A stretch of DNA of 64,000 bases from the human T2T-CHM13v2.0 reference genome, Homo sapiens (GCF_009914755.1 NC_060929.1); one strand, 5' to 3'; shown: positions 1 to 13,759, numbered from the stretch's first letter. Translations and numbers: made by a program. Notes: generated by a model from the sequence alone, not told the origin.

Positions 1-49
1 TTGTAATGGAAAAATGCCAGCACTTTACATTTTCCTCATGGGTGTAACA

Positions 50-270
50 GTAGCTGCCACTCATTGAGCATTAAATTGGCCAGGCCTCGTGCTAGGCACT
101 TGATTCATTGTGTCTCATTTCATCCTTACAATAATCTTGTATATTGGATATTGTATTGTAATTTTATAAATAAGGACAATGAAGCTGAAAAAATAGAGAT
201 TATGCCTCAGACAGTATACTAGAAAGGTGATAAAATCAAGATGTAAACCCAAGTCCATCTGATTACTAAG
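50..270 (-). mobile_element. MIR SINE remnant
   Basis: Degenerate MIR core in reverse orientation (cattgagca...gtgctaggcact...ctcatttcatccttacaataatc...aaacccaagtccatctga); boundaries approximate. Confidence 0.6.
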
Positions 271-1074
271 GCTTTTCTGTGCTTCTTTCATCACTGGATT
301 CTATTACCAGGGACCAGGGATAAAAGAAGAGCAACAGAGGGCACCCAAACAGAATCACCTCTGTAGAGTGCTCAGAAGAAACACTGTAGAAGCTCTCCTG
401 ACACAGCTACGTGGCCGGCCAGCTCTTATTTAGGAGAATGGTAGGTAATGCTGTTCCAGCACTTAGAAACACATGCTTGATGGAAAGGAGTGGGGAGACA
501 CTCCAACAAAGTCTCTCATGATATCACTGGGTTCAGTTTTACCAGAGCAGACTTCAGTGCCTGCCTACATCAAATTGACTGGTAGAACAAAATATCCTGC
601 TACAAAATTCTAATAATTCTGAAAAAGAATAGATACCAATTTGGGATATTGCCTAATTGAAATTATTTACATATCTGAATTTAAGTATCAAACCTAATCC
701 AGCATGGGTTTTTTTTGTAATAAATTCTCAAACTCCCAAATATTAGGAAATATTATCCACAAATTGTTGGGGACAGCTGGAAAGTAAACATTTTGGGCTT
801 TAGCAATTTCTTTGGCATGTCCTTTCAGGAGCCTTAAGAAATGGATTGCACCTTGATAAATAAGAGGTAAATTTCACACGGAATCTGAAAAGTAACGAAG
901 AGTAGGTGGGATCAGATCCAAGGAATTATTTGGTAGGAGTTATGGATTTCAGTTTGCCAATATGTAAAATATACCTCAGAATGTGGCCAAGGAAAAAGAT
1001 AATGTTTGTCCCTCAACCTTTCCACTGAAGATCAAGAATCCAAATCCCTGTGAGAACATCATGCCAGCTGACAT

Positions 1075-1650
1075 GCTAGATTCTGTCACTCCTTGGCTTA
1101 AAACCCTTCAGTAGTTACTCATGGTTCTTAGAATAAAATCTAAACTGTTACGTATGGATTTATGGCTCTCCCTTATTGTCTCTTCTTCTTTATTTTCAGC
1201 CACACCACTTATTCTACTCTCCAGTCATAGTTTCTTTCCTCTCCAGTTTCTGTCTCTTCTTCAAGCCTTATCTTACAATATTCCTTCTTGCTGGGACATT
1301 CTCTGCTGCAACGCTCTCCTGCCCTCCATATTCCTTCCATTACCCACACAGCCACTCCTGGCTGGTAAGCCCCATTCATCCTCCAGTTTGCACTTGGACA
1401 CCACTTTTTGCAGAAGCTCTTCCCTGACTCCCCGGGTCTGGATTAAGTGCCTCCCTGTGAGGCCCTCACTTCCCTCTGTAATTATCATAGTTCACTATAA
1501 CTTCTTGTTATATGGTTTCTTTTGCCAGTTAGACTGTAAGTTCCAAAATGGCAAAGACATGCTGCCAATTAGCAAATATTTTTCATGTTCACTCTATGCT
1601 AGACATTTGGGATACTGTGGCACACTAAATATAAAGTGTGCCCAACATTG
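1075..1650. mobile_element. L2 LINE 3' fragments
   Basis: L2-like motifs (cttaaaacccttcagt...ttagaataaaatctaaac; tagactgtaagttcc); accounts for the 180-aa ORF at 1121-1663. Confidence 0.6.
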
Positions 1651-4462
1651 CGTCTTAAAATGAGGCTTTTCCTCCCAGATGTGGTGCATTTATGATAGAA
1701 GACATGCCTAGGGATACCATGGACCTTTTTGTTCCATGCATATACATGAGGCAGGGCAATTTCTAGAGGATGGAATCACATTCTCCTGGAAGGTAGAATT
1801 AGGGTGCAACCATTGGAAATTGCCTCTGCCTGGGCTAGATAAGGCGGTGCCAAGGGTAAAATAACTTTGGTGGATTTTTGAAGTACTATGTGCCAAACCC
1901 TATGCTGAAAACAAGAAAGAGATTATTCTTGAACTGAAGCCAACATGTCTCAAAATACTCTGAGCACGAATCTTAGTGGTCTTTATGGTGACAGTGTTTG
2001 ATAGTACTAACCCATTATAAGATTACTTTCCTGTATGTACTTCCTGCTAATTTATTTAACAAAAATCCTGATATGTGATATACCTGCCAAGCAATTAACG
2101 AGATTAGAAATGAAGTAGTCCAGGAATATAAACTGCAGAAGAAAGCAATTTTCACCCCAAAAGTTTACATTTGGCTGAAAAGCCACAATTTAGACCCCAT
2201 CTCACTGGTCTAATAACACCTGAACTAAAGGAGGCATTTCATTTAATTATCCAAACATATTGGCATGTAAATTCAGGCTATCAGTAAAAATGAAGCGAGA
2301 TGATGAACTCATCCCTTAGGACTCGTGATTTTGAACAGCTTTTCTCTTTTTAGGATAATTTGTGCTGCTTTATCATCTCAGAAAATCTTTCATTTGTCAT
2401 GGATGAACTGAGATAAGGGAAGTTATTGCCACCTGGGTGCCTCTCTAATTTTCTAGTATAACAATTGGTATATATTCACCCAGTGAGCAGATTATACAAT
2501 TTTACCTCTTTCCCTCAATCTAAGGGCCACTGGGAAAATGGAAAAAGTTGAGAGAAAGGGAGAGACAGGCAGAGAGAAGGTAAAAAAAAAAAAAACCCAA
2601 AAGAGTAGAATTTTATATTAGATGTTTGACATGAGATTTAATGAGTCTACCTCTGTGGTGGCTTTGTGAGAGACATCTGTTAGTCTTAAGTCCAGAAGAG
2701 ATAAATTTATTATTATTAAGAGGAATTTGGGGCCTCTGAACATACATGTTAACTTCTTTTTCTTTATTAAATTACTTTAAAATTATAATGTAGAAAAAGT
2801 GGTATTGATACTGCAAAGTAGATATAGGACTGGTTACTGACTGAATAGAGCAAAGGAAGTGACTGCTGAAGTCTCCACAGGGGAAAGGCACCAAAGACCG
2901 TGAGTCATTTCCCTCTGCAGAAGCCTTGAGGGTCTCAGGGTTTAGGGCCACTAGAGATCAGGATAAGCAAGGCCCTGGGAAGGCACTTAGCTAAAAATAG
3001 AGTGATTATTCAAAGTCTGCATTATAAACTGAGGTCTTTTCAAAAAGGCAATGATTAACTCTAGGAAAAGCCAAAAGTTGTCTGAGAAATAAACTTGGAA
3101 AAGCGATGGATGTTATTTATGTAACCATAACCATGCTAACATGCTTGTTTAAAGAGAATGTGTGGTAGAGCTATGCTGGGAGGCTGAAGAAAAGGCAAGT
3201 CGGGGTGTGGTGATGGCAAGGGAATGCTGAGAAGCGCAACATTTTTCAATGACTACCAAAGGAAGCTAGTAAATCATACATAATCGTGACATATGAAGAC
3301 ATATCAGTAATATTATCTATAAATGTGGAGGAAATAGGGTGAAAAAGTTGAAGAGTTGAAAATGGTTGCTCTGGGGCCTAAGGCTGGAGCATTGGGTAGA
3401 GTGGGTAGGAGAAGGGACCACTGCTTTCTAACAGGGCACTTCTATCTCTATCTGATTTCTTAAACTCTGTACATGTATAAAAACAAAAACGTTTTTAATA
3501 ATTAAAAAGAAGAGAAGTGGGTGGCTTAGGTTGCTGGAGTAGTGGGGATATTAGCCTGGAAGAAATTTTTGATCCCATACCTTTTATTCATTAGCTTTAT
3601 ATACTCAGAATTTCAGGATCTTCTGTGTCAGTAAGTAGGTGATACATACTCAAGCCTGAATTGGTTCATCACTAAAGTAATCATAGCAGTTTGCAGCAAA
3701 GAGAAGACAGCACAAAAATTCAAGCCACAAAAGGTTGCACTGTGACTCTTCTGTAAACCTCAACCCAGTGTCAGACGGCTGTTTTTTCCTTTCTTACTGC
3801 TATATTTTCAGTGCTAGCACAGTGGCTGACTCACATGGGTGCCTCAGAAGTAGTTGACAAAAATGCACAGAGATTACAGAAATGTTAGTTAAGAAAAGAT
3901 TGATGAATTAATTGGCATGGATTGGGAGGAAGGAAGTTCTAAGGAAGACTCAACTTGCAAAAGGCCAAATATAACTGGGAGCTAGGCCAAATTTTATCCC
4001 TTTTAAGGAATCAAAACCAAGGTTAAGCCAGGGTCAAACCACTAATAAAGGAAAATGAGAACAAAATAAGTTCAAACTGGTATATCTGTGAATTTAATTT
4101 GCTTGCTAAGCACGTTGTGTATGAAGTGGGTGGAGTTTGTGAACTGAGGGTGTTCCATATCTCATATATAGTCCATATCTCATATACATTATTCTAGTTG
4201 ATATTTCAAAATATAGAAAAATGACAAAGTTTTCATCATTCAACTTATTTGGATGGTCAAGAAAATATAGAGACTATGTGATAAGTGACATAATCAATCA
4301 AGTTCAAAATATAATTTTGAAAAAAAGAAGTGGTCTTCTGTCTAACTAGGAATACAAATTTTATGTTTAACAGCATGCATTGTTTACTAGGTCTGCCTTA
4401 AAAAGTACCGCACGCTGGTTGGCTTAAACAACAGAAATGTATTGCCCTGAAGGTTTGAAGTC

Positions 4463-4743
4463 TATATTAGTCCAATTTCATACTGCTATGAAGAAATACC
4501 CGAGACTGGGTAATTTATCAAGAAAAATAGGTTTAATAGACTTACAGTTCCACGTAACTGGGGAGGCCTCACAATCATGGTGGAAGGCGAAGGAGGAGCA
4601 AAGTCACTATCACAAGAACAGCACAGGAGAATCCCACCCCCGTGATTCAATTACCTCCCACTGGGTCCCTTCCACAACACATGGGGATTATGGAGCTACA
4701 ATTCAAGATGAGATTTGGATGGGGACACAGCCAAACCACATCA
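4463..4743 (-). mobile_element. THE1-family solo LTR, internally deleted
   Basis: tattagtcc...gctatgaagaaatacccgagactgggtaattt...ggggacacagccaaaccacatca; 5-bp TSD AAGTC at 4458-4462 and 4744-4748. Confidence 0.85.
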
Positions 4744-4986
4744 AAGTCCAAGATCAAGGTGTTGGCAGGTTTGGTTCCTCCTGAGGTTTCTGAGAAAGAA
4801 TCTGTTCCATGCCTCTCCCCTAGCATCTAGTGGCTTGCCAGAAATCTTTGGCATTCCTTGACTTATAGATGCATCACCCCATCTCTGCCTTGATGTGCAC
4901 ATGGTATTCTTCATGTGTGCATTTATGTATCTAAATTTCCCTTTTTGTAAGGACACTAGTCATATTGAATTAGGGGCCTACCCTAG

Positions 4987-5430
4987 TGTATTAGTCAGGG
5001 TTCTCTAGAGGGACAAAACTCTCTCTCTATATATATATATGGGGAGTTTATTAAGTATTAACTTACATGATCACAAGGTCCCACAATAGGCCATCTGCAA
5101 GCTGAGGAGCAAGGAGAGCCAGTCTGAGTCCCAAAACTGAAGAACTTGGAGTCCAGTGTTCAAGGACAGGAAGCATCCAGCATGGGAGATAGATGTAGGC
5201 TGGGAAGCTAGGCCAGTCTCATCTTTTCACACTTTTTTCTACCTGTTTTATATTCTAGCCATGCTGGTAGCTGATTAGCTTGTGCCCACACAGGTTAAGG
5301 GTGGGTCTGCCTTTCTCAGCACACTGACTCAAATGTTAATCTCCTTGGCCACACCCTCATAGACACACCCAGGATCAATACTTTGCATACTTCAATCCAA
5401 TCAAGTTGACATTCAGTATTAACCATTACA
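4987..5430 (-). mobile_element. MLT2-family (ERVL) solo LTR
   Basis: tgtattagtcagggttctctagagggac...caatccaatcaagttgacattcagtattaaccattaca; TG..CA ends; TSD CCTAG at 4982-4986 and 5431-5435. Confidence 0.85.
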
Positions 5431-7502
5431 CCTAGTCTACTATGACCTCATCATAATGAATTACATCTTCAGTGATGTTATATCCAAATAAGCTCACATT
5501 CTGAGGTACTGGGGTTAGGACTTCAACCTATAAATTTGAGGAGATACCCACTATAATGAAGAAATCATGTAGTCTAGGTTTTCTAAAACAATAATCTTAG
5601 AGATAGACAGACTATCCAAAAGGGTAGATGACTGGATAAATGGAAGTGTCTGATTCTGATTGTTAGGCTGGGTCCAGCCCAGAAGATGATGATGATGTGT
5701 GTCCTTGGGAACAAAAACTAGTAGAGTAAGTGTCTCTTATCTGGAAACAGCACTAACAGCCAGGTGAAAAAAATGCAAAATATTTGAATAAAATGAATTG
5801 GGAAAGGAATAAGGTCCAACAGCAGAGGATCCAACTGCAGATCACAAAATCAAGGAGAGCCTACAGCTGAGACACAAGACAAAATGAAAAAGCTAAAAAC
5901 TGAAGAGCTGGTGAAATGAAAACAGAATACCGAAGACTGAGCACAGAAATCAGAGAGCTATGGGGAAATACCTTAGTTCAAGCTATAACCTGCTATCATC
6001 CTTTGCATGTCTGTGGCAAGCGGTGTGAGCAGATTAGGTATATTTAAAAGTCCAGAACCAAGAAGCATAATAATTATTTTTCTGTCCAACCATAAGACTC
6101 ATAATTTTCATATCAATGTGATATTTGAAGAACTTAATATCAAATTGCATCTGAAGTTAATTTTTCCCTTGAGTAATAAAAGCAACTTAGAGAGAATCAT
6201 AATTTGTATGCTTTGTGCCCCAGAAAACCTCTGTGTGGCTACAAGTAGCAGGAAGCCAGACCTAACAGAGTTATGATCCTTGTCTCCAATGTCCCTCAAA
6301 TTGCACCACAGTCTAAACGGCATGTACTTCTGACCCCACATGAATATCAAGTTATTACAAACTTATGTGACTTTAATGACCTTTAAAAGATAATGCAAAC
6401 ATGAGAACATTCCTAAGTACATGCCATGAAAACTTATATCCAAATGGATGTTGCACTTCAAAGTCACCCTGCAAAGAAGTTATTTTATTTCACAATAGTT
6501 CAACATAGTTGCAGTGCTCCTAGTTTGGAATTTATATCAGAACCAGTGTTCGAGGAGTGACTCTCATCCTACAAAGTACTTAAATAGGCCAGAAGTGTCA
6601 CATTACTTTGCTTTCTTTAAATTTAATTAAATCTAACAGAATACTTACCAACATGGGCTTGTATGACAACCAATATTAGTTATTTCTGGAGGGTCCTTTC
6701 ACAGTATTCTCTAATACTAATACTGACCACAAGAACATGTAGATCTTGGAAATGTTATATAGGAAAAATATGCACAGGAATCTTCACAAAGAGTGGGATT
6801 ATAAATACTCAAAACCCACTCACCACATATGTGCTGTGAAACAACCCCTCCTTCTGCTGTCAGAGAACAAACTAAAAGCTCTCCTAAGACAAAAGAACCA
6901 AAAGAGCCTGGATACTCTTTAGAAACTGGAAAGGAAAAGATAACCTTAGAACTAAGCATGCGTTAATATTTCAATACATTTTCACTATACCAATTTCCAA
7001 CTACCATTAAGAAAGTAACCTCAATAAATTATACTTTACTTCTTTTAATAAGATTGTAATGACCTTTAAAAGATACCACAAACATGAGAACATTCCTAAG
7101 TCCATGCCAGGATTTCTGAATCCAATTCTGATACGAGAAGTTTAAGAAATTTCTTGAACAATAGAGGTGTCATTCATCATTGAATTTAAGTCTCAAGAGT
7201 GATTTTGTGAAATGATGGTTGTTGATTAAAGAAAAAGTTGCTTTAAAGTACTGGATGTTGTCATGAATTACTTATGAATGACTTGAATCTTTTTGATTAT
7301 AAATAAAATTCATTTTCCTATCTCCTGACTTCTACCAGGAACTTCCTTTTCCTTTCACCATTTTTTTCGATCAACCCCTCAATGCCTGCCCCTCTCCTAC
7401 TACTACTTCTAGATCTCAGGTCTGATGATAGCAACCATTCCCAGAACAGGCAGCAGCAGGTTCTGAAGTTGGAGATGTGGACCATGGTAAAGAGAAAATA
7501 GC

Positions 7503-9208
7503 ACAAGAGAAACTACAAAACATCGTTGAAAGTAATTAAAGACGACCTAAAAAATAGAAATAATTCTTTGTTAATGGATTGGAAGACTTTATATTACTAA
7601 GATGGCAATATTCCCCAAATTGATCTACAAAATCAATGCAATCCTTATCAAAATTCCAACTACTTTCTTGTTCAGAAATGAACAAGCTGATCCTAAAATT
7701 CATATGGAAAGACAAGAAATTCTAAATAGAAAAACCAATCTTGGAAAAGAAAAACACAATGGGAGAAATTTTGAGAAGTTTCCTGATTTCTAAACTTGCT
7801 ACAAAGCTACAGCAATCAAGACAGTGAGTGTGGTCATGGCATAAGGACATTATATAGACCAATGGAATACAATTGAGTGTTCAGAAAAAAACCCATACAT
7901 TTGTGACCAGTTAATTTTCAACAAGAGTTCCAAGACCGTTCAATGAGGGAATAATAGTCTTTCTAACAAATAGTGCCAGGAGAAGTAGATATCCACATTC
8001 AAAAGAACGAAGTTGGACCTCTACTTACACAAAAACTAACTCAAAATGAATCACAAACCTAAATGTAAGAGCTAAAACTATAAAATTCTTAGAACAATAC
8101 ATAGTTGTAAATCTGCATGGACTTGGATTAGCAGTTTCTTAGATATGACACTAAAAGCCCCAAAACCAAAGATAAGTACATAAATTTGTCTTCATCAAAA
8201 TTGGAAACTTTTGTGCTGCAATGAACACTATCAATAAAGTTAAAAGTTCTCAGGATGGAAGAAAATATTTGCAAATCATATATCTGAGAAGGATCTGGCA
8301 TCTCCAATATGTAAAGAATTATTATAACTCAACAATAAAGAGACAAATAACCCAATTAAAAATGGGCAAAGCATTTCAAAAGACATTTCTCCAAAGAAGA
8401 TATAGAAGTGACCAATAAGTACATGAAAAGATACTCGTCTTTATTAGTCATCAGGAAAATGCAAATCAAAACCACAATGAGATAGTCTTTCACACCCACT
8501 AGGATAGCATCAAAACAGAAAATAACAAGTATTGGTGAGGATGTGGAGAAACTGGAGTCCTTATGCATGCTTGTATAAATGTAAAATTGTACAGACCCTT
8601 TAGAAAACAGTCTGGCAGTTTTTCCAAATGTTAAAGACATATTTGCCATTTAACACAGGGTCCCACTCTTATGTATGTACTCAAGAAAATTAAAAACATA
8701 TTTTCACAGAAAAACATGTGCATAAACGTTCATGGCAGCATTGCTCACTACAGCCAAAAAGGAGAAACAACCCAAATGTCCATCAACTGATGAATGGATA
8801 AACAAGGTGTGGTATAACCAAACAATGTAATATTATTCAGCCATAAAAAGGAATAAAGTACTGTTTCATGCTACAGCATGGAGGAATCTTAAAAGCATTA
8901 CACTAAACAAATGAAGTCAGACGCAGAAAGCCACATATTGTATAATATCACTTACATGGAAATTCCAAAATAGAAAAATCCATAAAGAAAGAAAATAGGT
9001 TAGTGGTTGCCAAAAGAGATGAGAGAAGGGGAAAATTAGGACTGGCTGCTGAAGGATAAGTGATGTTTTTGGAGTAGAATGGAAATTAGTGTTTGGAACT
9101 GGATAGAAAGATAGCAGCACAATATAGTGAACATACTAATAACTACTAGATTGTGTACTTTAAAATTATGAACTTATGATGTGAATTATATCTCAATTTA
9201 AAAAAAGA
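7503..9208 (+). mobile_element. Old L1 (L1MB-like) ORF2 3' part and 3'UTR
   Basis: Decayed ORF2 peptide MAIFPKLIYKINAILIKIP...; aaacaacccaaatgtccatcaactgatgaatggataaac; ends atgtgaattatatctcaatttaaaaaa. Confidence 0.9.
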
Positions 9209-9859
9209 AGTAACAGTTCATTTTGTGCTCCTGCATCATAGTTATTTGCCTACATTTTAAACAATAAAATAGAAGTCATGTTGTCCATAGGACCTACATA
9301 AGAGTTACTGAAAAAAAGTTCCTATATGAGCCTGAGCCAGGTGGCTACAATGATACCTATCTGGGTGCCCAAAGACCAAATGTGGAGGAAAGAGGATATC
9401 ACACTTAGTATAAATAATATAAGGAATATAAATGGAATTCAGGCACTATGTGTGTCACCCACACATGCTTTGAAATATGACCAAGAGTTGCTCTTTTGAG
9501 TTTCCCTGGGCTACTGGCTGTCTCTTTCCCTGCACCCAGTGGTTTAGATAGATGTGCATATTAAAGAGCAGCTAATTCAACTCAAGCAAAGAACAAAAGA
9601 GATTTCATGCTTAAACTTCAAAATTAACATGAGAGCAATTCTAGGAATCTGTCTCTCTACCAAACAGCATCAAGAGACTAATAAGACAGAACAACTTTAC
9701 TGGCTTTTACCCACACAGTTATAGACAAACTGAGAGAGAGATACAGAGGGGTTTTGAAAACAGAATTTAGGGAGCCATAGATTGCAAAGTGCTGCCCCTT
9801 CCCATTTTTCTCTATTGCCTTTTACCGTATTTTCTCATACAATTTGGCAATGGTTTGGG

Positions 9860-10295
9860 CCTCTCTTAGGGAAGATTCCTCAGAAACAGACTCTGAGATG
9901 AAAATTTGCTGCAGGAATTTTACAGGTAAACACCCACGGATTAACCTCTGTGGTGATGGAGGAGGCAGGTAAGGGTGAGGTGAGTTGTGGTAAACACCCA
10001 TGGATTAACCTCCGTGGTGACGGAGGAGGCAGGTAAGGATGAGGTGAGCTACAGTGCAGTGCAAGATAGGCTTTGGCCAGTCCCAGGAGAGTCAGATGGC
10101 CTAGGGGGAAGGGGCTGTGGCTTTATATGTCCACACCAACCTGCCGTTACTCATGAGTGAGCAACTTTGGGTTGAAGGTAATTTTTGGAGAGCAACTCAG
10201 TTAACGGCCATAAGCCACCTAAATTTCTACCAGCTGGGAGAATGAGCTCTGTCATCCTGAGGGGAACCTGGATAACGAGCTACAGGATCCACCAC
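9860..10295. mobile_element. Old MLT1-type LTR with internal 64-bp tandem duplication
   Basis: cctcagaaacagactctgagatgaaaatttgctgcagg...gatccaccaca; subfamily uncertain. Confidence 0.5.
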
Positions 10296-10830
10296 AGAGG
10301 TGTCTATATACCAGAAAAAAATGGATATCTCATTCGCAAGTTGAATTGTGTTATAGAGCAGTGTCTGTGGAACACAGAAAAGGCCTAATTATATTTGATA
10401 GGATGTTATTGTAGTCTCCTTTCTCCATTTTTTTGTGGACCAAACATTGGCATTGTGGGGAGACCTGGGTTTCCTAAAAGCTGAGAGAAAGTTGTAAGTA
10501 GAGCCCCCTTGGTGGGAGAGCAAAGGAATGGGGTGAATCCATTCCCTATATGAGTCTGAGCCAGGTGGCTACAATGATGCTTATCTGGGTGCCCAAAGAC
10601 CATCAAAAAAAGCAACAGGACAGACCAGTATGAATTCCCAGGGTTCGAGGACTGCGGCAACCAGACCCATAAGGAAAGGAAATGAGGAAAACCCACATGA
10701 ATCCCCATTCTCACTGACATGCTCCTCAAACCCCTCAAGAATGCACACTCTGCTCCTCTCCTCTCTTACTAAACTTGTTGCAAGAAAATAGTGTATCTGA
10801 GGCTCTCTGGGAGTTTTAAGTCAGAATTTA

Positions 10831-10885
10831 TTAGGTTGATGCAAAAGTAATTGTGGCTCTTGCCATTTTAAAATGACAAACCTAA
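10831..10885. mobile_element. MADE1 (Hsmar1-derived MITE), internally deleted
   Basis: TA-ttaggttgatgcaaaagtaattg...aacctaa-TA; terminal inverted repeats with TA TSD. Confidence 0.75.
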
Positions 10886-11098
10886 TAAAAGGGAGGAAGG
10901 ATCCAGGAATTATTAACATGAACTAATAAAATGATAATAGCAGAATTTGACTTAATATTTACCTATGAGTAACTGATTATAAATAGAGTGACTGAAATGG
11001 AGTTCCTGGAATGGCCTGTTTACATATTAGAAGAAATTTAGTTTTTCTGCTGCCAAGTGGGGATGAGGGATTGCCCAATAGGAGCATGATTATATATG

Positions 11099-11107
11099 TA
11101 TGTGTGT

Positions 11108-11142
<35 letters not shown>
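11099..11142. repeat. (TG)n microsatellite
   Basis: Seen directly. Confidence 0.95.
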
Positions 11143-11144
<2 letters not shown>

Positions 11145-11397
11145 CAGCTTTAGGTTTCTACATACCTGAGGTGTACTTGATGTGTGTCTGGTCATTTATA
11201 TCTGCTGCATCCAATGTGGTCCTTACGAATTCCTTCTATGCAGAAAGGAAAATGAAGACATAAAAAAATTTTCCCTTTGTCAAAATGGCTAGTAAGTGAC
11301 AGAACTATGATTCAAACCAAGTCTGTCTAACTCAAAAGTCTTTCAACTATTCTAAGGTACCTTTTTGGGAGTTTATTGACATCTTAAGCTGTCCAAG

Positions 11398-11777
11398 TAT
11401 CTTAGTCATTTGTGCTGCTATAACAAAATATCACAGACTAGGTAATTTATAAATTAATAGAATTGGTTTTCACAGTTTTGAAGGCTGAAAAGTCCAAGAT
11501 CAAGGCCCCAGCAAATTTGGTGTCTGGTGACGGCTGCGCTCTCTGCTTCCAAGATGGCGCCTTGTTGCTGCATCCTCCAGAACGGACGAATGCTGTGTCC
11601 TCATATGGCAAAAGGTGGAAAGGCAAAGGGGACAAACTCTCTCTGTCAAGTCCTTTAATAAGGGCACCTAAATCCCATTCAATCACTTCATAAAGGCCAC
11701 ACCTCTTCATACTATTGCATTGGGTATTAAGTTTCAACATGCAATTTGAAGAGAACAAAAACATTCAAACCATAGCA
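11398..11777 (-). mobile_element. MST-family (MSTD-like) MaLR solo LTR
   Basis: tcttagtcatttgtgctgctataacaaaatatcacagactaggtaattt...acattcaaaccatagca; near-TSD CCAAG/CCAGG. Confidence 0.8.
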
Positions 11778-12669
11778 CCAGGTAAAAATAAATACAAAGG
11801 ATAAGAAAGGGTCAGAGGACCTCTGGGCCACCTCTAAATCTTACAGAGACCTCTCAGGACATCCCAGGACCAGGACTTTGTGTGAGACATGTAAAAATGG
11901 ACCATGCACAGTTAGCCTGCTTGTGGCTGCTACGGGTTCCAGCTCTGGGCTATGAGTCTTGTGAGGCAGCTGCCTAGAGAAGCATTCAACAGAAGATCAC
12001 TAGGAAGGAAGAATGAATCAAAACCCAAAGCACAATTTCTATCTTTGGCCAAGTTTAGTAAAGGAAGAGGGTGGGGTGGAAATATATGGAAATAATTTTG
12101 GTTTTGTAAAGACCATTTTTAATGTACTTAATTTCATATAAAGAAATGAACTAATAACTATGTATCATCCATTCTCTGGTCATTTTTGTTATAACCTTTA
12201 AAAATATACAAAATCAAAAAATCATAAAAGACTGATTTAACATTGCCATATCATTTTCTTCTTTATTTCAGAAATGTTTGATATAGTTGTTTGGCTATTT
12301 TTGCTCTCCTCATGACAGTATTTATTTCATCAAGCAGTTGTTCATCACTTTCCATTCTCTGAAAGGCAGTAGTGTATTCTGGGCTCTTGTGCTCTGACCT
12401 TTCAAATAGTTTATAATTAAGCTAGTTAATGCTGTTCCCTATTTTCCAGCCTCAAAGTTAGCAAGCAACTGCTAGACTAGTCTCTGACCTATAAGAAAGA
12501 ATGTGAAAAAGCTTATAATTATTACAGAATTGTCCTCTTTTGCAAAGCAACTAGACGCAGAACTTCTTGTTCTAGAGAAAGTAAATAATAGAATAAAAAA
12601 TTCTCTGTAAAATTCTGTACGATTTATGATTAAAGTTATACTTTAACTCAATCAGAAAACATTTTGTCA

Positions 12670-13750
12670 TTTATCATTTTCAATATATGCCCACTATGTG
12701 CCAGATACTCTGCTCAAGACAGAGATTCGGAATGAATAAGGACCTCAAAGTTTAGGGGTAGAGAAAGACATATAAACAAATAAATTTAAATTCATTTTGA
12801 TAATCGTAACAACAGAACCATGCACATAATACCGGAGGAGGGGCTGCTTAATTCTGAAGAATGTCAACAATATCCCCACAAGGTCACATTTTGTAATTAT
12901 AGGATTGCATGGCACTTTGACTATCATGACAGCACTGGTCACAGGGGCATCCCTCCATTTACCCATAGATTATCCGATTAATGCCTATCTCCTCCATTAA
13001 TAAATAAGTTTCATTTGGGCATGAAGCATGTTTGTTGTTGCTCGCTATTAAATGCTCAACACCCAGGATAATGTGTACAAAAGTCTTTCAATTAATGTAT
13101 CTTAAACATTGTCGACTATATGTAGGAAACATATCCTTAAAGGAATACATCCGGATACCTGACTTAGCTGTTGGAAGAGTTAGGAGTTTCTCACGAGAAC
13201 AAGGCAAAAAGAGGAGGACATTGCAGGCAAGGGGTAGAGGCAGTATGTGCAAAGAGGTGGAGGCATGTGTGCTTGGTGCTGGGTGTAAGATGGGGTTTGA
13301 AGGTGAGTGTGATAGGGAGTGAAAGAAGGAGTGTGCAGAATATGAGAAATGTCATACTAAGGAATTACAGCTTTTATCTCACAGGTGTGTGACGGGGAGT
13401 CAGTAAAGCATTATATGCAAGTGACAAGCATAACTAGACTTTCCTTGAAATGTTAGAAGGACTAGTTTTTTGCAGTGCTCTGGTCATTAGGTTTTTTTTG
13501 TTTGCAAGTAACAGAAGCTCACTCAAGTTATACAAATAAGGGAGGTTTATTATAAGAATAAGCATGACAGTCGGGAGGGGTAATATTAACAATCAAAGAG
13601 AAAATATGGAGAAAAATTGGATGTCTTCTTTGACTTGGCAAGAGAAGTTACATTGATGGGAGCAGACCCCTGATTATAAGTAGAAGTCTTAATTGATGGG
13701 AAAGAAATGGAGATACTGCAAATAGACTACTTTTTCAAGAAGCTTGAAAA
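12670..13750. mobile_element. Cluster of L2 fragments
   Basis: cccactatgtgccagatactctgct; ggagatactgcaaatagactactttttcaagaag; boundaries approximate. Confidence 0.5.
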
Positions 13751-13759
13751 AAGAGAAGG

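Larger units (their letters stand above)
4377..5555 (-). mobile_element. MLT1-family (MaLR) solo LTR interrupted by two younger LTRs
   Basis: ggcttaaacaacagaaatgtatt...aagtccaagatcaaggtgttggcagg...cacattctgaggtactggggttaggacttcaac; the MLT1 sequence resumes after each insert. Confidence 0.75.

Noticed and set aside
1121-1663. 180-aa plus-strand ORF
   Set aside because: Lies in L2 remnants; Leu/Ser-rich with no family resemblance
6374-10602. Spaced direct repeats as a CRISPR-like array
   Set aside because: Only pairs of unrelated 53-64 bp units with irregular spacing, in mammalian DNA with no cas genes
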